A stretch of DNA of 64,000 nucleotides from Eledone cirrhosa (taxonomy: Eukaryota). The stretch covers positions 65,906,001-65,970,000 of the forward strand of contig OZ024741.1 in the NCBI GenBank assembly GCA_964016885.1, read 5' to 3'. How positions within the stretch are numbered: position 1 is the first letter of the stretch; each line of letters begins with the position of its first letter. A program made the translations under genes and the position numbers. The notes under the pieces were generated by a model, which was given only the letters and a program-made list of their open reading frames with translations, was not told where the DNA came from and did not search any database. Below, piece by piece: positions 11,111 to 24,166 of this stretch.

Positions 11111-14031
11111 TCATCATCATCATCATCATCATCAGCGTTTAACGTCCGTGTTCCACGCTTGCATGGGTTTGGACGGGGGTAGTCCCACTTGAGGCAAGAG
11201 TGATTGTCTTGCTCGCATAGGACTGTCTGGCAGGTTTTCTACAGTTGGATGCCCTTCCTAACACCAACCACATTTACAGTGTGGGTCTGGGAGGTTTTTA
11301 CCGTGTTGCCTACACGGCCACATTACAGCGTGGACTGTGTGTTTTTTTGTCGTGACACCTACACGATCTCATTTGTTTCGGCCTCGATGGCGCGGCACCG
11401 ACATAACTTTACATAGAACGGGGTGGTGTGGATCGGGTGGGGGTGGTGGGACGGGGTGTATTTGTTAGAGATGCCTACTGGCTGGAGTAGGTTTTACTAT
11501 ATATTTAGGTAAGGCGGGTCTTCTCTGTTACTGAGTACCGCCAAAGGTCTCGGTCCAGTGACATTGTCTTGGAGAGGTGTAAGTGTGTGATGTCGGAGTT
11601 TATCAGCTCGTCCCAGGTTTTTCTAGGTCTGCCTATTCCGTGACTACCGTCTATCTTTATTGCCCTGCACTTTGTTATACAGCTATCGACTTTCATGCGC
11701 ATCACGTGTCCATACCAACGTAGCCTTCTCTCGAGTAAACAACATCTGATCCCTCTTATCTCTAATTTATTCCTTAGTTCGTTTATGCTTTGCCGTTCAC
11801 GTATATTACTGTTACACATCCAGCGGAGCATGCAAGCTTCGTTCCTCTCTAGTCTGCGTATATCCTCTGCACACAATGCCCAGGTCTCACTGCCATGCAG
11901 CATTGCTGTTCGTATGCAGGCATCGTACAACCTGCCTTTCATTTTTAGTGAGAACCCTTTAGCAGCTAATAGTGGTATAAGCTCTCTGAACTTTTTCCAA
12001 CCAGTTCTGACTCTAGCTACAGTACTTTCAGAGCACCCTCCCCCACTGCTGATTTTATCGCCCAGGTAACGGAAGCTGTCCACTATTTCTATAGAACCCT
12101 CTGCGCAATTGAAAGAGCTAGTAGTTTGTGGGCACTTGCTGCTACTTATTGCACCAGAGCACCGGCCACATGTAAAATCTATGTTCTTAGTTAGCCTACC
12201 TGTGATCCCACTACATCTTTTATGCACCCATACTTTGCATTTAGGACATAGAATGGAGTTTCTACCTACGCCTTTCCTACACACCGAGCACGACCATTTC
12301 CCAGAAGGGACCGCCGCCTTGTTTTCTTTCCTACAAACTAGTACTTTGGTCTTAGCCAGGTTAATTTTAAGTCCTTTTGACTCTAGGCCGTGCTTCCATG
12401 TTTGGAATTTCTTCTCTAGCTCGGCCATTGATTCCGCTATGAGTGTCAGGTCGTCTGCGTATAGGAGTTCCCATGGGCAGCCTGTCTTGAACTCCTCTGT
12501 TATGGCCTGAAGGGCAATAATAAATAGTAGTGGACTGAGAACAGAGCCCTGATGGACGCCGACTTTTACGCTAAACTCTTCACTATATTCGTTGTTAATT
12601 CTAACCTTGCTGACTGTTTCTTTATACATGGCTTGTATAGCCCTCACAAGCCATTCGTCAACGCCTAGTTTTCTAAGAGCCCACCAGATAATGGAGCGGG
12701 GGACTCTGTCGAAGGCTTTCTCCAAGTCGACAAAAGCTAAGTAGAGGGGTTTACCTTTAGCTAGGTACTTCTCTTGTAGTTGTCGTACTATGAAAAGAGC
12801 GTCTGTGGTACTTTTGCCTGACACAAACCCGAACTGCATTTCATCTAGGTCAATTCTCTCTCTGATTAGCTGCGCTATTACTCTTTCCGTGACCTTCATG
12901 ACCTGGTCGATTAATTTAATGCCTCTATAGTTACTCCTATCTAGGGCGTCTCCTTTACCCTTATAACAGTTAACGATGATGCTGCTATGCCAGTCCTTCG
13001 GAACAACCCCGTTTTGTACGACTTGGTTAACTATGCGGGTGACCATGGTGTGTCCCACCGTGCCAGATGCCTTCAGCATCTCAGCAACTATTTCCGAAGG
13101 CCCAGCCGCCTTACCAGTCTTCATATCCTTGATTGCCTTACTTATTATACTCCCCTCGACTAACACTGCTGGTCCCTCTATTGGGTCGATATGGGGGAGA
13201 CTGCCTTTCTCCCAATTATTCTCCTCATTTAGAAGCCTTTCATAGTGACACTTCCAAGCTACCTTCTTATCAGCGTCGGTGATGGCAAGTGTGCCATCGT
13301 CGTTTAGTACACACTTCTCCCCGACAATATCACGGTTTTCCTTGACGCATTGCCTAGCAATCCTGAACACCTCACGTTTTTGGTCGTCGCGTTGTAGAAC
13401 ATGCTTGAACTTTCTTTCCTCAGCTTCCCTTCTTGCTAAGTACACTTGTCTCCTAGCTTCCCTCCTGGCCACTTGATAGTCCTCTCTACTTCCCCCATCC
13501 CGCCATACTTTCCAAGCCTGCTTTTTGGCCTTAATTGACCCCTCCACCTTACTGTTCCACCACCATGTTACTCTCCTCCTGCCTACAGGCCTGCTCCAGC
13601 CACAGACCTCGTCTGTCGCCAACAGCAGGTTTGCTTTCAGAAATTCCCACTCTCCCTCTATATTGTCCGACTCTAAATGTTCTTCCTTACTGTCGAAAGC
13701 ATCAAGTAATATGCTTTGAAATTTATTCCTGGCTGTGGGGTCCTTTAACTTCCATATTTTCCTCCTGAGGATAGTCCTCTTCTGTTGTCGAGTACGTCTC
13801 GTCCTGACTATGAGGTCGCTAATTATCAGTCTATGTTGGGAGGTGCATTCTTCATGGGGGAGGGATTTAGTGTTAACAACAGACACTCTGTCACGTCTTC
13901 TGGTAAGGATATAATCTACCTGGCTTGTGTGTTCCCCGGATCTATAGGTGATCAGGTGATTGTCACGTTTTTTGAAGTTAGTGTTACAGATAGTTAGGTT
14001 ATTTGCATCACAGAATTCCAGGATTCTGGAA

Positions 14032-14032
<1 letters not shown>
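11111..14032 (-). mobile_element. RTE-clade LINE, 5'-truncated within the endonuclease domain
   Basis: Long open frame, ~390-bp 3' UTR and (GAT)n tail. (TA)n at both ends. Confidence 0.95.
11505..14030 (-). CDS. RTE ORF: C-terminal APE, reverse transcriptase and PHD-like zinc finger
   Basis: APE end QVDYIL..SQHRLI. RT motifs YRGIKL, QFGF, FVDLEKAFDRV, GVHQGSVLSPLLF, YADD and FRYLG. C4HC3 motif. RTE C-terminus RRLRWYGHV..GRPRKTW. The listed N-terminal 15 residues are microsatellite-derived. Confidence 0.95.
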   Translation of the reverse strand, partial: SRILEFCDANNLTICNTNFKKRDNHLITYRSGEHTSQVDYILTRRRDRVSVVNTKSLPHEECTSQHRLIISDLIVRTRRTRQQKRTILRRKIWKLKDPTARNKFQSILLDAFDSKEEHLESDNIEGEWEFLKANLLLATDEVCGWSRPVGRRRVTWWWNSKVEGSIKAKKQAWKVWRDGGSREDYQVARREARRQVYLARREAEERKFKHVLQRDDQKREVFRIARQCVKENRDIVGEKCVLNDDGTLAITDADKKVAWKCHYERLLNEENNWEKGSLPHIDPIEGPAVLVEGSIISKAIKDMKTGKAAGPSEIVAEMLKASGTVGHTMVTRIVNQVVQNGVVPKDWHSSIIVNCYKGKGDALDRSNYRGIKLIDQVMKVTERVIAQLIRERIDLDEMQFGFVSGKSTTDALFIVRQLQEKYLAKGKPLYLAFVDLEKAFDRVPRSIIWWALRKLGVDEWLVRAIQAMYKETVSKVRINNEYSEEFSVKVGVHQGSVLSPLLFIIALQAITEEFKTGCPWELLYADDLTLIAESMAELEKKFQTWKHGLESKGLKINLAKTKVLVCRKENKAAVPSGKWSCSVCRKGVGRNSILCPKCKVWVHKRCSGITGRLTKNIDFTCGRCSGAISSSKCPQTTSSFNCAEGSIEIVDSFRYLGDKISSGGGCSESTVARVRTGWKKFRELIPLLAAKGFSLKMKGRLYDACIRTAMLHGSETWALCAEDIRRLERNEACMLRWMCNSNIRERQSINELRNKLEIRGIRCCLLERRLRWYGHVMRMKVDSCITKCRAIKIDGSHGIGRPRKTWDELINSDITHLHLSKTMSLDRDLWRYSVTEKTRLT

Positions 14033-14063
<31 letters not shown>

Positions 14064-17000
14064 GCATACACACACACAACATTGTATATATTTTCTTTCA
14101 AATACACCTTGATATATTGATATATCTGTTCTATTTCACATACAATCCTTCATATATATATTTTTTCAAACTCACACAAAAAACACACACATGCACATAA
14201 CGCCAATACTACACAAACACACAATACTAATACTACAAAAATACACACACACAACACCAATATCACACACATATATACGCATATATGTACATGCCACATG
14301 CGTAATAAATGCACCAGTTTATTGAACGGCAAAGTTAGTAAATGTTAACAGATCAGAAGTGAACGACTTTCTGAGATTTAGATAAAAACAGATATTGATT
14401 GAATATTTGCAGGCATATCATGTTGGAACCATTCTCTCAGACATCTTTACCATTCCACTACTCTAACACCAACTGCCATCATCACCACCACCACTATTGC
14501 CACTGCCACCACCATCACCACCACCACCACCACCACTACTACAACCACAACTACCACTACCACTACTGCCACTGCCAGCACCATCACCAAAATTGCTGCC
14601 ACCTTTACTACCATCATCTCTGCCAACATCTCTATTGCCAATACCACTACCACCACCACAAATGCAGCCTCACACCACCACAACTACAACTTCCGCCTCA
14701 CACCACCACCACCACCACCATAACCATTACCATAAATTGTAACCAACATCAACACAAGCATCTTTCTTGCCACAACTGTATTACACTCAACACCATGCAA
14801 AGCCAATGGGAGAGCCTATACATGGTCATTTGAATGTTAGAAATAATAACCAATCCTCCCTCTAAATTACACTATTGTCTTAGAAAATGAACACATTGGA
14901 TAATGTGATATAGAAGCTCCTACACATAGGAAAATGACAGGATGGTCATGGATAGGATTGTCTAATCACAGGTTTACTTGATTAGGGGTGGCCTGGAGCT
15001 GGAGCTAAACAACAACTACTTGGCCCAACTATTGCCAATACATTAATCATAACCACTACCATCATCACCACCACCACCAACACCAACACCAACACCACCA
15101 CCACCACCACCATCACCACCATCACCATCACGATCATCCCTACCAACAGCATTTTAATGCCACCCTCGCCAAACTATTTTTCTCCTCCTTAGCCATCCTG
15201 AACATCGCCATCACACTCAACATAATTATTACTATTACCACCACCACCACCACCACACCACCATCACCACCACCACTGTTCCTGCCAAAATTCTTCCCCA
15301 CACAACTGCCACCACTCCACTAACTCGATAACCTCATGCTAATTGTAACTATAAGCATTTACATCAATTTCTTTACCATTATTGTCCTTACAGCTATCCA
15401 CTGCAGCTACCACCACCACCACAGTAACACTGCTGCCAATACTACAACCATTACTACTACTCTAACCAGCACCATCACTACCAACACCAACACCACCACC
15501 AACACCACCACCTACACCACAACTACCACCACTATCACCACCACTAACACTGTTGCCAACACTACAACCTTTACTACTACTAAAACCACCATCACCATCA
15601 CCACCACAGTAACACAGTTGCCAACACTACAACCATTACTACTACTAAAACCACCACCATCACCACCACAACTACTAGTACTGCAGCAGTACTGCAGCCA
15701 ACACCAATTTCTATGCCAACTTCACCACCACCACCACCACCACCACTGCCACAAGGAAGTCTCTATATGGTTACACAGGTTGTTAGAAATAGCAGTAAAA
15801 TTTCCCTCAAATTACATTCCACCCTCTTATAAAAGAACACAGATGATAGGATTTTGGGGTTCCTGCACATAGAGGGATGGGGGGTGGGGGGGGGGAATGG
15901 TCATGGGTATGCAGAATCAAAGTTGATCTGAGGCTCAACATCAATGACAAAACTATTACTTAAAACAATGAGAGAGCTTTGAAATGTTCACCAGAAGTAG
16001 TAGAAACAACAGCCAAATCTTCAACTCACACTCATTGTCTTAAAAAAAAAAAAAGACCAGTTTGATTGTGAATGGAACATTTCTGATCAGAGGTCTGCTC
16101 AATCAGAATTGACCTGGGGTTAAACAGCAACACAGCTACTGTGGTGATCTCAGTTCCTCGGAGCATGCTGGTCTCATGCTGCCTCCATTCAGCTACAGCT
16201 GAGTTAGACATCTTTCTGCTTGCTATCATCTATAATGTGTTCACCCTGCACACTCTGCACTAACCACTATGTCCAATTTTTCCTCCATATAAACGATGGT
16301 ATGGTCCCATAACTCCAGATAGAGTAGTAGAGGTGCTGTATTGACATACAGCATTTCTTCGACCTTTTAAGCCTGGCGGAGTCTATCTCTCTCCAGGTCT
16401 GAGTACAGTAGATTTCTTCCAGAGAGAGGAAGAATCGACCCCAGTACTTGACTAGTACTTTTTTTTTATTGAACTCGAAAGGATGAAAGGCAAAGTTGAC
16501 CGTGGCAGGATTTGAACTAAGAGAGCAGAAAGCTGGAATGAATACCATAAAGCATTCGATCTGATGTTCTAAGGACTCTGTCAATTCGCCACCTATATAT
16601 AAATGATAACTCATAATATATTGTCCAACATGACACCACATTAGCTAGACATTCTTAAAAAGTACAAAACTATGCATTTTGACTGCATCACATTAAAAAA
16701 AATTGAAGTATTTACCTAGGGCTAACCTGGGACTACACAACAACAACAACAAATACATCACAAATAATAGTAACACACCAGTCTTTAACTCTTAACATCC
16801 TGTACCACATAAAACCGCATTAGCAAAACATTCTTTAAAAAGTATAGAACAAAACTATGACTGCATCACATTAAAAGTCAATGTCTTTACTCTCATATTT
16901 TAAAAACATTTGCACAACAATCTGTCCACCAATAAAATACAATCAACATTTGAATTAACAAACCCATTTTAGACATTTTCTGCTGTATATCATAACTCAT

Positions 17001-17134
17001 ACACTATTCACTTCCCTGACATTTGTATATTATTCTATGTACTATACATGCACCTTTGACGAGTTGTAATGCACCTGAGCACTTTACACAATAATTATTT
17101 AACATGCTAGAAAAGCAGTTAAATTTCACTCAAC

Positions 17135-17318
17135 TATGAGGCTGGACTATGAAGGAGTAATGCTAGAGCTGAGAAATCCTGCATGCATTAATTTCAACTC
17201 TTCTTATTAACAACTGCATTTGTTTCTTTCCAGGGATTATGTTGAAAAATAAACCTCATTTGGTCATTCCATGAGAGTATCTTGGTCAGCTTATGAATTC
17301 TTCAGCCGACCCTCATAT
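17135..17318. mobile_element. Mariner-like MITE (family also at 44950-45190 and 60513-60710)
   Basis: Shared body GGAGTAATGCTAGAGCTG..GTCATTCCATGAGAGTATCTTGG. TACGAGGG-type ends. Confidence 0.65.
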
Positions 17319-17320
17319 CA

Positions 17321-17548
17321 TAACCTTTTAGCATTCATACTACTCTATATTTACTATTACATTTTCACGTTAAAGGCTTTACTTCACATAATTATCCCAC
17401 ATAATATGGAATCTATGAAATTTTGATGTTATTTATATTGAAAACAATACCTTAATGTAGGTATGAGCTGCCAGTTACAGCCAGTTTGAACAGAAAGAGG
17501 TGAGAGAATTCTGGCCAGATATGGCTGGTTTAAATGCTGAAGGGTTAA
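17321..17548. mobile_element. TTAA-flanked MITE, piggyBac/Kolobok-like (copies ~26082-26296, 31471-31649, 32488-32680, 41766-41970)
   Basis: TTAACCCTTTAGCATTT..AAATGCTRAAGGGTTAA termini and a shared internal sequence. Confidence 0.7.
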
Positions 17549-18001
17549 ACAAAAAAAAGGAAATGTACACCAAAAAATGTAGTCCTGGCCAGACAGGATT
17601 ATCATGGCTAGAATACCTTTGATCATAGGTCTGCTTGATCAGAACAGACTTGTAACTAAACAACAACAACATCACTAACACTACCACTATTCAAATAGCT
17701 CCTTTTATATTAATTAACATATGGGAAGTAGAGGCAGGTAGAAAAACAGATCTACCCCAATACCACACATATGCATGCACGCACACGGAAATTCAGGCAT
17801 ATGCACACACACACAGACACACACGTGTGTATGGACACATACACATTCATTTCTGTAAATTACAAACCTGTCTTCATCTCTTTATATTGGTGGGTGGATG
17901 TATGGGTAGATGGAGAGGAATAATTTAATAGGAAATTAATAGGAAGTGAAACAAAAGCTACATGTGCATACGTGTGTGTTCATGTATGCATACATGTATG
18001 T

Positions 18002-18058
<57 letters not shown>

Positions 18059-18256
18059 TATATAGACACACACCTAATACACACAGAGACATATATCTGC
18101 ATCATATCCACAGCATGTGTATGTCTACATAGGTACGCATATGCATGTACTCATACATGCTTCTTGGCTATGCATGTACATGTAACTGTATGTGCCAATG
18201 TGTGTGTGTGTGTGTGCGTGCGTGCGTGGGTGCGTGCGTGCGTGTGTGTGTGTGTG

Positions 18257-18296
<40 letters not shown>

Positions 18297-18589
18297 AGTA
18301 CATCTATCTAGAGGCACCAGCAGCTATGATGTGGTGCATTCAACAGGAACAAATGCAGACACTGAACAGGTGGACCTGCAGCATAACATGCTTGTCTTGT
18401 TGTGTTGGAATATCAATCAACCTGATTGTGTGTGTGTAGATGTGTGCGTGTGTGTGTGTGTGTGTGTGCGTGTGTGTGTGTGTGTGTGTGTAGGTGTGTG
18501 TGTGTAGGTGTGTGTGTGGAGAGAGTGGGTAGTATTTCCACTAAGACAAATTGACTTCTCATTACATAATGATAAGAAAATTGCTCTGG

Positions 18590-19603
18590 TGACACCACCA
18601 CCACCCCTACCACCACAACCACCACCATGGCCACTACCACTGCTACCACTACCACTGCTACCACCACAACCACCACCATGGCCACTACCACCCCTACCAC
18701 CACAGCCACCACAATGGCCACTACCACTGCTACCACCACCACCACCACCCCTACCATCACCACCACCACCCCTACCACCACCATGGCCACTACCACAGCC
18801 ACCACCATGGCCACTACCACTGCTACCACTACCACTGCTATCACCACAACCACCACCATGGCCACTACCACTGCTACCACCACCACCCCTACCATCACCA
18901 CCACCACGGCCACTACCACTGCTACCACCATCACTGCTACCATCACCACCACCATGGCCACTACCACTGCTACCACCACCACCCCTACCATCACCACCAC
19001 CACGGCCACTACCACTGCTACCACCACCACCACCACGGCCACTACCACAGCTACCACCACCACCACGGCCACTACCACTGCTACCACCACCACCACCACG
19101 GCCACTACCACAGCTACCACCACCACCACCACGGCCACTACCACAGCTACCACCACCACCACCACGGCCACTACCACTGCTACCACCACCACCCCTACCA
19201 TCACCACCACCACGGCCACTACCACTGCTACCACCACCACCACCACGGCCACTACCACAGCTACCACCACCACCATGGCCACTACCACTGCTACCACCAC
19301 CACCCCTACCATCACCACCACCACGGCCACTACCACTGCTACCACCACCACCACCACGGCCACTACCACAGCTACCACCACCACCACGGCCACTACCACT
19401 GCTACCACCACCACCACCACGGCCACTACCACAGCTACCACCACCACCACAGCCACTACCACTGCTACCACTACGGCCACTACCACTGCTACCACAACCA
19501 CCACAGCCACTACCACTGCTACCACCACCACCACCCCTACCACCACAACCACCATGGCCACTACCAATGTTACCACCACCGCCCCTACCATCACCGCCAC
19601 CAC
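18590..19603. repeat. Compound (CAC/TAC)n-derived minisatellite
   Basis: Higher-order units such as CCACCACCACGGCCACTACCACTGCTA. Similar simpler tracts at 5965-6095 and 14470-15750. Confidence 0.9.
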
Positions 19604-19604
19604 T

Positions 19605-19927
19605 GCTTGGACGAGCTGAGGGAGAAACTAGGTTTAAGAGGAATCTGAGGTGGTGTGCAGGAGAGAAGACTGCATTGATACAGAGATGTGATGTGCATGG
19701 GTAAAACCCACCGGGTGAAGAAGTGCCAGGAAATCCCAGTGGAAGGAAACTGCAGAAGAAGTAGACCATGAAACACGTGGACAGAAGTGGTGAAAGCTGA
19801 CCTCAAACTGCTGAGACTCACAGAGATGACAAAAAAACATGGCGAGTGGAGAAATGCCATGCTGAGAAGGACCCGTCCAACCCAAGCAAGCATGGAAAAG
19901 TGGACATAAAATCAATGATGATGATGA
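19605..19927 (+). mobile_element. Degenerate RTE 3' end
   Basis: Similar to RGIRCCVQERRL..W.EV.KADL, with a shortened UTR and (GAT)n. Confidence 0.65.
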
Positions 19928-20499
19928 TTGTGTAGAACTGCATGAGTTAGACATTTGTATAAAACACGAAATAGTACTATGATTGTATCACATTAAAAAA
20001 TTTCCACAATGATCTGTCCCAAAGTAAATATATAAACACACATACACATGCACTATTAAGGGAAACAAATACTTTCTGTTAAATGTAGAAAGATTGAGAG
20101 GATGGGCAAGGCGGAATTGGAAAAAAATTTTTTTAGAGAAAAATAACAGGTTCATCTATATATTACTAAAACTCTGTGATTGCTTGCTTGCTTGTCCATA
20201 ATGTAATACTGCTAAAAGGGCACATAATGGGAAAATACTTTGAAAGGAAGTTGCCCCTGAAATGGGAATACAAATGGAATAAAACAAGTTTCGCGTAAAT
20301 CGAAGCACGGGTTCCTGAGATATGGGTCTTTTTCCAGAGTAGATTGAAAGAGAGACATAGAGAGAGGGAGAGGAGACAGAGAAGGTGAATGGAAGAGAGC
20401 TAGTGGTGTTATTGTGTATATATATATGTGAGAGTGTGTGTATATGAGTGTGTGTGTGTATGACCAGTGTATATAGATCACACACCCATATATACATAT

Positions 20500-21401
20500 A
20501 TCATCATCATCATCACCGTTTTACGTCCGTTCTTCCATGCTAGCATGGGTTAGATGGGTTGTCCTGTTGTGGGCAGTGTCCGGTCGGCTGACCATGCCTT
20601 GCTCATACAGGAACTGATTTTGGCTTGATTTCTACAGCTGGATGCCCCTCCTAACACCAACCTCATTTACAGTGAGTGCTGCGTGCTTTTTTCCATGGCG
20701 CCTATACGTCCACTTTACAGTGTGGGCTGGGTGCTTTTTTGCCGTGGCACCTCCACGACCATTTTGCAGTGGGAGGGTGTTGGGGCATATTGTCTATATG
20801 CTTCAGCTTGTACCCATGGGAGGTCGGGTACTCTGTTCTCCTGCGTGACGCCAGAGGTCACGGTCGTGTGTCATCGCCTTTGAGAGGTGCAATTGGGTAA
20901 GGTCGGCTTTTATCACCTCATCCCAGGTCTTCTTGGGTCTCCCCACTCTGCGGTTTCCATTGACTTCTAGTGCTCTGCACATTTTTATGCAGCTGTCATC
21001 CCTCACACGCATCATATGTCCATACCAACGCAACCGCCTCTCCTGCACACAGCATTTGATTCCTCTTATGCTCAGTCTCTCTCTCAATTCATTTATGCTT
21101 TGCCGTTCACGTATATTACTATTACACATCCATCGGAGCATGCAGGCTGCGTTTCTTTCTAATCTACGTAAGTCTTCCACCTTCAGCTCCCAGGTCTCAC
21201 TACCATGTAACATTGCTGTTCGTATACACGCATCATACAGTCTGCCTTTCATTTTGAGGGAAAAGCCTTTTGCAGCTAGCAGTGGCAGTAGTTCCCTGAA
21301 CTTCTTCCATCCCGTTCTTACCCTAGTTATTGTACTTTCTGAACACCCACCTCCGCTGCTAATTCGGTCACCTAGGTAGCAGAAGCTGTCTACTGTTTCT
21401 A
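20500..21401 (-). mobile_element. 5'-truncated RTE LINE (second subfamily)
   Basis: ORF ETVDSFCYLGDRISSGGG..RRLRWYGH..GRPKKTW, with UTR and (GAT)n. Confidence 0.9.
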
Positions 21402-21977
21402 TATATATGTATACAAACACTTATATATATACACATACACACACAAATATATATATATGGGCTTTCCAGTTTCATTTCACATTATATACATGTCTGTGTA
21501 TATTTTAATTATTTAAAAAATTTTTTTAAGTGAACATGATTTTTTAAAAAATATTTTGAAGTGAACGTGACCCAACGGATCACAGGTGGCCTAGTATATA
21601 TATAGCTCATTAAATTATAGGGGATTAATGTGAGTCTTTAACTCTGTTTTTCACCAACACCACTCTTTCTCTGTAAAGTTGGTACCACAACATCCAGTCC
21701 AAATAAATGAGATAATGAGATCGAGATCAAGATCATGTAGGTGTCACGACAAAAAAAAAAACACAGTCCACGCTGTTATGTGGCATTGTAGGTAACACGG
21801 TAAAAAGTTCCCAGTCCACACTGTAAATGTGGTTGGTGTTAGGAAGGCATCCAGCCGTAGAAAACCTGCCAGATAGTCCTATACGAGCGGGACACGGTCA
21901 CCCGACCAACCTTGCCTCAAATTGGGACAACTCCCGTCTAACCCATGCTAGTGTGGAAGATAGATATTAAACGATGA

Positions 21978-22020
<43 letters not shown>

Positions 22021-22023
<3 letters not shown>

Positions 22024-22242
22024 GGTGTTTTAAAAAAATTGATATTATCTGAGATGTAAATATCCTAGAAACAACAAAGTTTAGCACACCAAAACTCAGC
22101 AGGTTTAATGTCGAGCAACATAACATTTATTCCTTAAAATTTGTCAGCATTATGACACTAATTAACAATATATATTCTAATGTGTCAACCTTGGGAACAA
22201 CTATGGGAGACGCTCAAATGATATCAATTTTTAAAAAAACTG
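22021..22242. mobile_element. Tc1-like MITE
   Basis: TA|CAGGGTGTTTTAAAAAAATTGATAT..ATATCAATTTTTAAAAAAACTG|TA. Confidence 0.65.
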
Positions 22243-22315
22243 TATATCATCATTGTTTAACAATGATGATGATGATACATGATGGAGTGTGACAGAGAGA
22301 TGAGCTGTAACATTT

Positions 22316-22400
22316 GCTTACCTTTCATTTTTCATGCAATGTAAAAAAGGTCAACGTAATGAACACTTACCTGAAAAAGATAAAAGAAAAAAGGTTACTA
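22316..22400 (-). promoter_or_regulatory. Candidate recursive splice site (CAG|GTAAGT) with a 49-nt cryptic RS-exon
   Basis: Minus strand: TAGTAAC CTTTTTTCTTTTATCTTTTT CAG|GTAAGT (junction 22371/22370), then a second donor AAG|GTAAGC at 22322/22321. Confidence 0.65.
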
Positions 22401-22799
22401 AATATTTAAAAAATCATTAAATAACATAATATAAATATAAAAACTCTCAGAACAGGAAATTAGTTGCATTTAAAGAATGGCTAATGTATTGGCATGGCTG
22501 TATGATTATGAAGTTCACTTAGCAAATCATGTGATTCTAAGTTCAATTCAAGCACACAGTCCACACTGTAAAGTGATCTTGTTGAGGATACGTACATACA
22601 CACACATTATGTATATGTGTGCAGGTGTGTATGCCGGGGTGTGTGTGTGTGCATATGTAGGTGCGTGCATACATGTTATATTAGGCATTTTCATAATAAA
22701 ATATAAAAACTTTTTAATATAAAAGGTCAAATTTGAAAACGTTTTTTAATAAAACATGTTTGAAAGATAAGCTGTTTCCTATTTACAAAAATTATTTAA

Positions 22800-23372
22800 A
22801 CATATACATAAACACATATGTAAACACGACATAAACACATACATAAATACATGACATAAATACATACATAAACACATACATAAATACATGACATAAACAC
22901 ATACATAAATACATGACATAAACACATACATAAATACATACATGAACACATACATAATCACAACATAAACGCAACATAAATATATGACATAAACACATGG
23001 CAGAAACATGACATAAACACATGACATAGTCACAACATAAATGACATAAACATACATAAACATGACAAACACATGGCATAAACACAACATAAACATATAC
23101 ATAAATACATACATAAACACATAGATAAACACATCCATAAATATGACATAAACATGACATAAATACACAACATAAACACATACATAAACATGACATAAAT
23201 AAATGATATAAACACATACATAAACATATGACATAGATACACGACATAAACACACATAAATACACGACATAGACACACATAAATACATGACATAAACACA
23301 CATAAATACACAACATAAACACACATAAATACACAACATAAACACACATAAATACATGACATAAACACATGA
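22800..23372. repeat. Low-complexity (ACATAA/ACATGAC)-type satellite
   Basis: Degenerate tandem of short ACAT-rich units. Confidence 0.85.
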
Positions 23373-24166
23373 CAGGCTTCTTTGCAGTTTCCATCTCCCA
23401 AATTTACCAAGACATTGGTCATACTGAGATTATAGTAGAAGACACTTGCCCAAGGCACAATACAGTGGGTCCCACCAGAAACAATGGGGTTGCAAAGTGA
23501 ACCACTTAACCTTTACATGGCCAAATATCTAATGAAATGCATTGTATTTTAATTAATTAATTAAGAATGTAAGGTTTTTCTATGACCCATGTAGTTAACT
23601 GGTACTGATTTTTATTGATTGAGGAAGGATAAAAGACAAAGTTGACTGCGACAGGATTTGTTCTGAGTTCAAATATTACCAGGGTTAACTTTGCCTTTCC
23701 TTCTTCCAGGTTTGATAAAATAAAGTACCAGTTAAGTACTGAATCGATACAACTTTCTTCATCTCCAGAATTGCTGGCTTTGTTCCAATGTTACGATTAT
23801 TAGAATGGTATTTAAAACGAAAAGGTTTTATATAAAATAATGTTTGGAAGGTTTAATTTAAATAGAAACCCTTTAAAATGGATAGCTTTGTTTTATAGAA
23901 CCAGATTTGGGCGGGTTGCTACCAAATGAGTTAAACCATATATTCATGCCTCCCTCTGTATGTCTATATACATAATGAGATATTTATTTAATAATGTCTC
24001 ATATAAAATAATACAACCAATTATCCACAAAATACTGATTAGTTAGCACCCCAAACACTAAATTGGGATAATACTTAAGTATATCCTAATGTTTGTTGAG
24101 TGAGATGGAGTTGGTCGGAGTATCGCTTAAGGCTTTCTCTGTTTATGTATTGAGTATATATATATA

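Noticed and set aside
14031-14075. Start codon of the 856-aa ORF
   Set aside because: [10 protein letters not shown].. comes from the flanking microsatellite. The element is 5'-truncated and not autonomous.
18413-19769. 330-450 aa Thr/Pro/Gly/Val-rich ORFs (mucin- or extensin-like)
   Set aside because: Open in several frames on both strands because the (CAC)n-derived repeat lacks stops. No splice or domain context, and similar tracts occur elsewhere in the window.
22779-23458. Cys/Met/Tyr-rich ORFs in three frames
   Set aside because: Low-complexity satellite.
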